A stretch of 12,052 bases of DNA. It comes from an uncultured archaeon (lineage in GTDB: Archaea; Asgardarchaeota; Jordiarchaeia; Jordiarchaeales; Jordiarchaeaceae). The notes beneath the pieces were generated by a model. It had not been told where the DNA came from. It searched no databases and saw only the letters and a list, made by a program, of their open reading frames with translations. The position numbers were made by a program, and so were the translations under genes. Position 1 is the stretch's first letter. Each line of letters opens with the position of its first letter. Positions 7,231-12,052 of this stretch are shown here, piece after piece. The stretch covers positions 1-12,052 of the forward strand of contig CAZECW010000204.1 in assembly GCA_964510585.1 (NCBI GenBank). Reading direction: 5' to 3'.

Positions 7231-7346
7231 CAAATATGTTAATGTGTGTTAAATTATAAGGTTACCTGCAACTGTTACGCTCCTCCCATCTCAATCCTGG
7301 TCGGAGACATGTTTTTGGAAAGGTACTTGTTTTCGAATCAGTTTTC

Positions 7347-7841
7347 CTAGGTAAAATCATATTTTGCGTCACCTGTAAGGTATACGATTGTCCCTATTCC
7401 AAACAGTAGGGGAATTAGACCAAATATGAACGTGAATGATTCCCAAAAAATTCCATGCATCACTAGTGGTAATGCTATTACTAATAGGAGTATTCCAATT
7501 ACCAAAGAGAGGTAACGTCCCCACTTCTTCATAGAGAGCAAGCAAATGCTAGCCGGAAGACTTACCACCGAAAAAAGGAGGACACCCCAAGCCGAAAAGT
7601 TAAAACTTTCGATAAGGGACAATATATCAAATAGTTGCATAGTAGATGACGCGCCAATAATGTTCCCATAGTTTGAAAAAATTAGTCTCATTACATACTC
7701 GTTCCCAAACAGGAAAGACACCAAGAAATATTGAGGTGGAAGCACCACTCTCATAATAAGTAATGCTATCATGATTCCCAGAACTTGCATAACTATGTAG
7801 GCTATAGCCAATGAGACGACCCCTTCCGGTCTATAAGCCAT
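7347..7841 (-). CDS. Membrane-protein array paralog B (~4 TM, 164 aa)
   Basis: MAYRPEGVVSLA...CLLSMKKWGR...VYLTGDAKYDFT*; GGGGGAG SD upstream. Confidence 0.9.
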   Translation of the reverse strand: MAYRPEGVVSLAIAYIVMQVLGIMIALLIMRVVLPPQYFLVSFLFGNEYVMRLIFSNYGNIIGASSTMQLFDILSLIESFNFSAWGVLLFSVVSLPASICLLSMKKWGRYLSLVIGILLLVIALPLVMHGIFWESFTFIFGLIPLLFGIGTIVYLTGDAKYDFT

Positions 7842-7950
7842 TATTCCATCATCTCCCCCAAATATCTCTTAGTAAGACTAGTACTCTTAATATTTAAACA
7901 TTCTTAAAAGGGCAAAATAAAGTTCGGAGAACAGATAGAAAGATCATGGA

Positions 7951-7968
7951 TTTAAAAAGCTTTTTAAA
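7951..7968. promoter_or_regulatory. Perfect 18-bp palindrome forming BRE/TATA-like elements on both strands
   Basis: TTTAAAAAGCTTTTTAAA is its own reverse complement; each strand reads AAAAAGCTTTTTAAA, resembling archaeal BRE-TATA. Confidence 0.5.
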
Positions 7969-8054
7969 AAGTAATAAAAAGTAAAAGCACTAGCTCCATT
8001 CGGATACCAACTGCTCTGTAAAAATATAAAAATGGGAAGTGAACGAAGATTGCT

Positions 8055-8552
8055 TCATTGAAATTCATACTTCACGTCACCCGCCAGATAGGCAACCGTG
8101 ACTATTCCAAAAACAAGAAAAATTGTACCGAACAAGAGAGCATAAAGGAATAGGAATAGGGATAGGAATAGAAACAGGAATATGCCTACGATTATCGATA
8201 CTATTCCGAGAATTAATCCCAAAACCCTTGCCCAGTTCCGCATACTGACCAAGCCGACGCCCGCAATTAGATACAATGCTGAAAAAATCGCAAGAACTCC
8301 ACCAAAAATGTATGCGAAGCTAATATCTCGCGGTATAGTGAAAAGTGGATAAGAAATACCACCTAAAGCCCCTATGGGGTTAATGCCCACCTCCAAAAGG
8401 TAGAGACTTGCAAGAATATACCAATTTAAACTCTGATAAGAATTAGGAAGAACCATAGCCAAAATAGTTATTACTCCGGCGATTCCCAGCCCCGCAATAA
8501 TCATGAAGATAACTGAAAGAGCAATCACACCACCAGGTCTGTGAACACTCAT
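8055..8552 (-). CDS. Membrane-protein array paralog A (~4 TM, 165 aa)
   Basis: MSVHRPGGVIALS...LYLIAGVGLVSMRNWAR...AYLAGDVKYEFQ*; GGAGGAG upstream; TATA-like GAAAGGTTTTTATG upstream on the minus strand. Confidence 0.9.
   Translation of the reverse strand: MSVHRPGGVIALSVIFMIIAGLGIAGVITILAMVLPNSYQSLNWYILASLYLLEVGINPIGALGGISYPLFTIPRDISFAYIFGGVLAIFSALYLIAGVGLVSMRNWARVLGLILGIVSIIVGIFLFLFLSLFLFLYALLFGTIFLVFGIVTVAYLAGDVKYEFQ
8147..8182. repeat. Hexanucleotide tandem repeat (GGAATA)x6, imperfect, inside paralog A
   Basis: GGAATA GGAATA GGGATA GGAATA GAAACA GGAATA, encoding the Phe-Leu run IFLFLFLSLFLFL. Confidence 0.85.
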
Positions 8553-8681
8553 TTTCCCAACATCTCCTCCGTTTCTTTGAAGAAATGACCACTGCTTGCC
8601 ATAAAAACCTTTCTAAAGCGGCTATTAAATTCAACTATAACCTATTAAAAAATACTATTTTTAAAAAATGTAGAGGAAAAG

Positions 8682-9971
8682 TTATGTTTTCATAGACATA
8701 TTGACAAGTTCCATCAAGTCCACAACGTGTATACTCATTTTGTTTTCTTCCTTGGCATCGCTGAGATTTCTGTAGCAGAAGGGACAAGCCGACGACAGTA
8801 TCTGGGCTCCTGTTTCCAAGGCTTCCTTCAATCTCTCGGTGGCTGCGAATGATGCCAGCTCCTTGAAAGAGGATTTAACTCCTCCGCCTGCCCCGCAGCA
8901 CCAAGCGTTGTGCCTGTTTCGAGGCATTTCCACCAATTCGATGCCCGGTATACTTTTGAGAAGCTCTCGGGGCGGCTCATATATTCCCATGTGTCTACCG
9001 ATGTGGCAGGGGTCATGGTATGTGACTTTTTTGTTTATTGGCTTTTCCAGTTTTAACTCCCCCTTCCTAATCAGGTCTAAAACGTAGACTGGTGAGTGCA
9101 CTGCTTCGAATCCGTAGTCCAGTTTGAACTTGTCCTTGTAGACTTCCTTAAGCATTCTGTAACAGCCCGAGCAGGAAGTTAAAACTAGTTCGGCGCCCGT
9201 TTTCTCAATTTCTTTAATGTTGTGCTCTGCACACTTCCTTGCCACTTCTACCTGACCAGTCCACACTAGGGGGGAGCCGCAGCACCACTCATCCTGCATA
9301 ACGGTGAAATCTTTCCCAGACTTGGACAAAATATTAAATGTGGAGTTGGCAATTTCCTTTTGTCTGTAGGCGGATGTGCAACCCACAAAATAAACAATGT
9401 TTGCCTTTCCGGGTAGCTTAGCCTTCTTGTCTCCAAGCCAGTTCAACCTGTCCCTATGCTTCTCGATATAGGGGTTGTGCTCCTCCAACACTGATTGTCC
9501 ATAGCGTTTCTGCTCCGGCATCGGTCCGAAGCCTTCCTCCACGGCTTTCTCCCGGGCGGCGGCGAGCCACTCCAAGGCATATGTGTGAATTCCCTCCAGC
9601 TGGCACTGCTGGGTACAGTTTCCACATAGTGTGCAGTGGTAAAGTATTTCCGCCAGTGCTGGGCTCCAATTAATCTTGCCCGTGTTTAATCCCCACAATA
9701 GTAGGTTTTTTCCTCCCAGGTAGTAGGACTCAAATTTTCTCAGCTCTCCGCTGGGGCAGGAGCGTGCCAGATATGCGTTCTGGTAGATGTATCGGCACTG
9801 TCCACATTTTCCGCAGCGATAAACCTGGTCCTTGTAGTATTCTAGTTCTTTGTACCTCTCAAGTGACACTCTGTCGGGAATTGTGACTTTCTCAGTTATC
9901 CCCCTTCCTGGAAGATACTTTTTCATCACTCTTTCAAATAGTTCCCTTTCTTTAGGCTTAACTGCTTCCAT
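8682..9971 (-). CDS. (Fe-S)-binding oxidoreductase subunit, GlcF/HdrD-like (2x[4Fe-4S] + two CCG domains)
   Basis: CGKCGQC...SCP and CTLCGNCTQQC ferredoxin motifs; YFVGC...WCCG...TSCSGC and YHDPCH...WCCGAGGG...SACPFC CCG-domain motifs; GAAGGAG SD, 16 bp after the upstream gene. Confidence 0.92.
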   Translation of the reverse strand: MEAVKPKERELFERVMKKYLPGRGITEKVTIPDRVSLERYKELEYYKDQVYRCGKCGQCRYIYQNAYLARSCPSGELRKFESYYLGGKNLLLWGLNTGKINWSPALAEILYHCTLCGNCTQQCQLEGIHTYALEWLAAAREKAVEEGFGPMPEQKRYGQSVLEEHNPYIEKHRDRLNWLGDKKAKLPGKANIVYFVGCTSAYRQKEIANSTFNILSKSGKDFTVMQDEWCCGSPLVWTGQVEVARKCAEHNIKEIEKTGAELVLTSCSGCYRMLKEVYKDKFKLDYGFEAVHSPVYVLDLIRKGELKLEKPINKKVTYHDPCHIGRHMGIYEPPRELLKSIPGIELVEMPRNRHNAWCCGAGGGVKSSFKELASFAATERLKEALETGAQILSSACPFCYRNLSDAKEENKMSIHVVDLMELVNMSMKT

Positions 9972-9987
9972 ACCCGTCTCTCCTTCT

Positions 9988-11451
9988 TTATAGTCCTTGT
10001 CCAGGGTTCATTATTCCGTTGGGGTCTATGAGTTTCTTTATTTTTTGCATGAGTTCTAGGGTGTTGGGGTCTGCCTTTTCAAAGTTGCGAGCCTTAGCCC
10101 AGGGTGGAGGCTTGTATCTTATGAAGCTTCCCACTTTTCTTGCTTCCTCATCCATATCCATAAGGCACTTTCTCACTTTTTGGATTTCTTGAGGGTCATT
10201 TTTGCTGAAGGAGATGTTCATTCTTCCAATCCAGTAGTGTCCACCAAACATTGCTCTGCCATAAAACTGGGGTCGCCTACCATGTCTTTTTGCAGCCTCC
10301 CTCATCCTGTAGTACACTTCAACCAAGTGTTTTGAGGAAACATATCCACCAGTCCATTCTCCGCCACCGCCCCTTGCGAAGTCCCAAACTGTGTAGAGCT
10401 GAATAGGTGTACTGGTATAAGTTAGGAATTCTCCAATCTGGTTTTCAGCGAAAAGTCCAATGGCGTCACCGAAACGTGTAGCCATTTCACCCTCTTCAGA
10501 GCATATTTTCATTAGAGTTTCCTCCTTAGCGTCAAGCTCCTTCTCTGTGACACCAGTAACGGTTACCAAGCCATAGAAATCTGGGAGACCAGCCTTTTCG
10601 GGCTCAAAGGGAATATTTTCACTGTCACGCACTCCCTGAGTGGCGGTAAGCCAAACAAAGTTTAGAAAACACATATCCACAATTCCCAAACCAGCCTTAG
10701 CAAGCCTCTTAAAAATACGCACTCCGGAATCCACAGTTTTCCCTAAAACAATGTAGTCTCTTCGAGGCAAATTGGGCCAAAGCTTAATTCCTGCCTTAGT
10801 AATTATTCCCGTCGTTCCCTCCCAACCAATAAATAAGCCCGCCAGATCCGGGTAAGGTTGCCGCCCATACCAGTAATCAGTAGACATACAGGACCCAACC
10901 CGCACCACCTTACCAGTGGGAAGAACCACCTCTAAACCGTTAATGAATTCTGCTCCCGTTCCGCCAACCATTCCCAAGTCCAGCATACCGTAACAAATGT
11001 ACGCCGATATCACCCCAGTTCCCGGAGGAGACCAAGTGATTCCCGCTCTGAGATCAGGGTGGTTCTTTAAAAGGTAGCCCTTTAAATCTCCCCAAGTGAT
11101 TCCACCCTCAACCACCGCATACATATCATCCTCATTAACCTCAAGAACTCTGTTCATTCTTCTCAAGTCTACAACTATTCCTCCCTCTCTGGGAATGCAA
11201 ACCCCGCCAATATTGATTCCAGAGACCCAGGGCACAACTGGAATTTTCTCCCGGTTAGCAAGCTCAACAATCTGCCTAACTTCCTCCGTAGTTTCCGGCA
11301 TAGCCACAAAATCGCATTTTCCAGGCTCCTCAGCAGTCACAAAGTCCCAGTGATAGAGAAAAAGTTCTTCCGGTCTGTTGGAAACAAATTTTTCGCCCAC
11401 GATTCCAGCCAATTCCTCGTAGAGCTTATCTACCGCAACCAATTTGGTCAT
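9988..11451 (-). CDS. FAD-binding oxidoreductase (FAD_binding_4/PCMH-type; GlcD/D-lactate dehydrogenase/VAO superfamily)
   Basis: P..TEEV..IV..AN....PVVP; VDLRRMNRVLEV...YAVVEGG; GLEVVLPTGKVVRVG; DLAGLFIGWEGTTGIITKA; KIKKLIDPNGIMNPG C-terminus. GAGGAGG SD favours ATG 11451 (track: 11469). Confidence 0.92.
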   Translation of the reverse strand: MTKLVAVDKLYEELAGIVGEKFVSNRPEELFLYHWDFVTAEEPGKCDFVAMPETTEEVRQIVELANREKIPVVPWVSGINIGGVCIPREGGIVVDLRRMNRVLEVNEDDMYAVVEGGITWGDLKGYLLKNHPDLRAGITWSPPGTGVISAYICYGMLDLGMVGGTGAEFINGLEVVLPTGKVVRVGSCMSTDYWYGRQPYPDLAGLFIGWEGTTGIITKAGIKLWPNLPRRDYIVLGKTVDSGVRIFKRLAKAGLGIVDMCFLNFVWLTATQGVRDSENIPFEPEKAGLPDFYGLVTVTGVTEKELDAKEETLMKICSEEGEMATRFGDAIGLFAENQIGEFLTYTSTPIQLYTVWDFARGGGGEWTGGYVSSKHLVEVYYRMREAAKRHGRRPQFYGRAMFGGHYWIGRMNISFSKNDPQEIQKVRKCLMDMDEEARKVGSFIRYKPPPWAKARNFEKADPNTLELMQKIKKLIDPNGIMNPGQGL

Positions 11452-11556
11452 TATTTTTTTCCTCCTCATACTTCCTAATTGGTTAAATACGCATTTTTTT
11501 AGTTACTTTGTTATCTTTTTTCCTTGCTTTCTCTTTTATTAAGGTATTGGTGAATA

Positions 11557-11598
11557 TATTTATATTTGTGTGGAAGGATTTAAATGTTCAAATTTGAA
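11557..11598 (-). promoter_or_regulatory. TATA box (TATAAATA, 11557-11564) with an upstream 12-bp palindrome TTCAAATTTGAA (11587-11598), candidate promoter/operator of the oxidoreductase operon
   Basis: Motifs read directly; the AT-rich context makes chance occurrence possible. Confidence 0.4.
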
Positions 11599-11853
11599 TT
11601 AACAATTGTAGCTTTAAAAGAAAGCATAATAACGCTCCTCAAAAATCCTAGGCGTCAATTTACTATGCGGGCTCAATGCCCAATTTATCTGGGCTTCAAA
11701 GATGGGCTGCAAATTGGCTTAGAATATTACTGATAAGTTTGAATCTATCTTGGTTAAACTGGTTGCCTTATTTTTTAGGTTCCACTTTTTGAAAAAAAAG
11801 GTTGGAGAAATATTAAAGATCCAAGAAAATTATTTGAATACGAGCAAAAGTAT

Positions 11854-12052
11854 TTGACACTCTCCGCGACTAAAGTCGGGAGATTCTTGCTTCTGGCTCA
11901 TCGGGAGCCTTCGAAGCAATGGGTGTGCCATCACCCAGTTAGCACGCCCTTCCCTCAAAGGGAACGGCGTCTATGTTGGCACCCTCATGGGGGCTGCGTC
12001 TTGTTTAGCCTCCTTGAGCCCAAGCCAAACCCTTCAGCTACCAACAACTATT
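11854..12052 (-). mobile_element. Right end/omegaRNA region of another IS200/IS605 (ISDra2-like end) element, continuing beyond the window
   Basis: Minus strand ...GAAGCAAGAATCTCCCGACTTTAGTCGCGGAGAGTGTCAA: guide GAAT, hairpin CTCC.CGAC-TAAA-GTCG.GGAG and terminal TCAA, the GAAT/TCAA pair known from IS608/ISDra2 right ends. The upstream sequence is GC-rich and structured, as expected for a TnpB reRNA. Confidence 0.8.

Larger units (their letters stand above)
5350..7297 (-). mobile_element. IS607-family element (serine recombinase TnpA pseudogene + TnpB/Cas12f-like gene), ~1.95 kb
   Basis: tnpA(S) and tnpB are translationally coupled (ATGTCTAA overlap at 6626-6633). Both putative ends read GACCAGG on the minus strand (5350-5356, 7296-7302), fitting the GG core of IS607. 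The left-end region has repeated TAAC units (about 7237-7277). Exact termini are inferred. Confidence 0.75.

Noticed and set aside
5040-7346. Type V-F CRISPR-Cas interpretation of the Cas12f-like protein
   Set aside because: No repeat-spacer array or cas1/cas2/cas4 in the window; the gene is coupled to an IS607 serine recombinase.
8443-11353. Short ORFs 8443..8634, 8828..9016, 8839..9087, 9443..9625, 9454..9669, 11096..11353
   Set aside because: They overlap well-supported genes in other frames or strands.
11670-11710. GCCCA/TGGGC 5-bp hairpin and three GGGCT units
   Set aside because: Too short to distinguish from chance; no associated feature.

Overview
AT-rich archaeal-type window: TATA-like boxes, GGAGG ribosome-binding sites and U-rich terminators. 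A finer lineage (Asgard- or Bathyarchaeia-like) is only a guess. Left to right: (i) the 5' part of a phenylacetate-CoA-ligase-family gene whose adenylation P-loop is replaced; (ii) a GC-rich structured intergenic island; (iii) an M48/HtpX-type zinc peptidase; (iv) a minus-strand tandem array of FIVE highly diverged paralogous ~4-TM membrane proteins (N-terminal YRPxGV, central AGVGLxxMxxWGR, C-terminal G[DE]VKYxF), each with its own RBS and promoter-like sequence; (v) a FAD-oxidoreductase plus CCG/4Fe-4S (GlcD/GlcF-like) operon; (vi) the right end of a further IS200/IS605 element at the window edge. Two TnpB elements invade the array. A tnpB-only IS605/IS1341-type element (1811..3017) sits exactly inside the C-terminal motif of the last paralog, and removing it in silico restores ...AYMLGEVKYYFE*. 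An IS607-type element (~5350..7297) has a frameshifted serine recombinase but an intact TnpB/Cas12f-like ORF lacking the RuvC-II glutamate, making it a candidate nuclease-dead, RNA-guided protein. No CRISPR array, tRNA or rRNA was seen.
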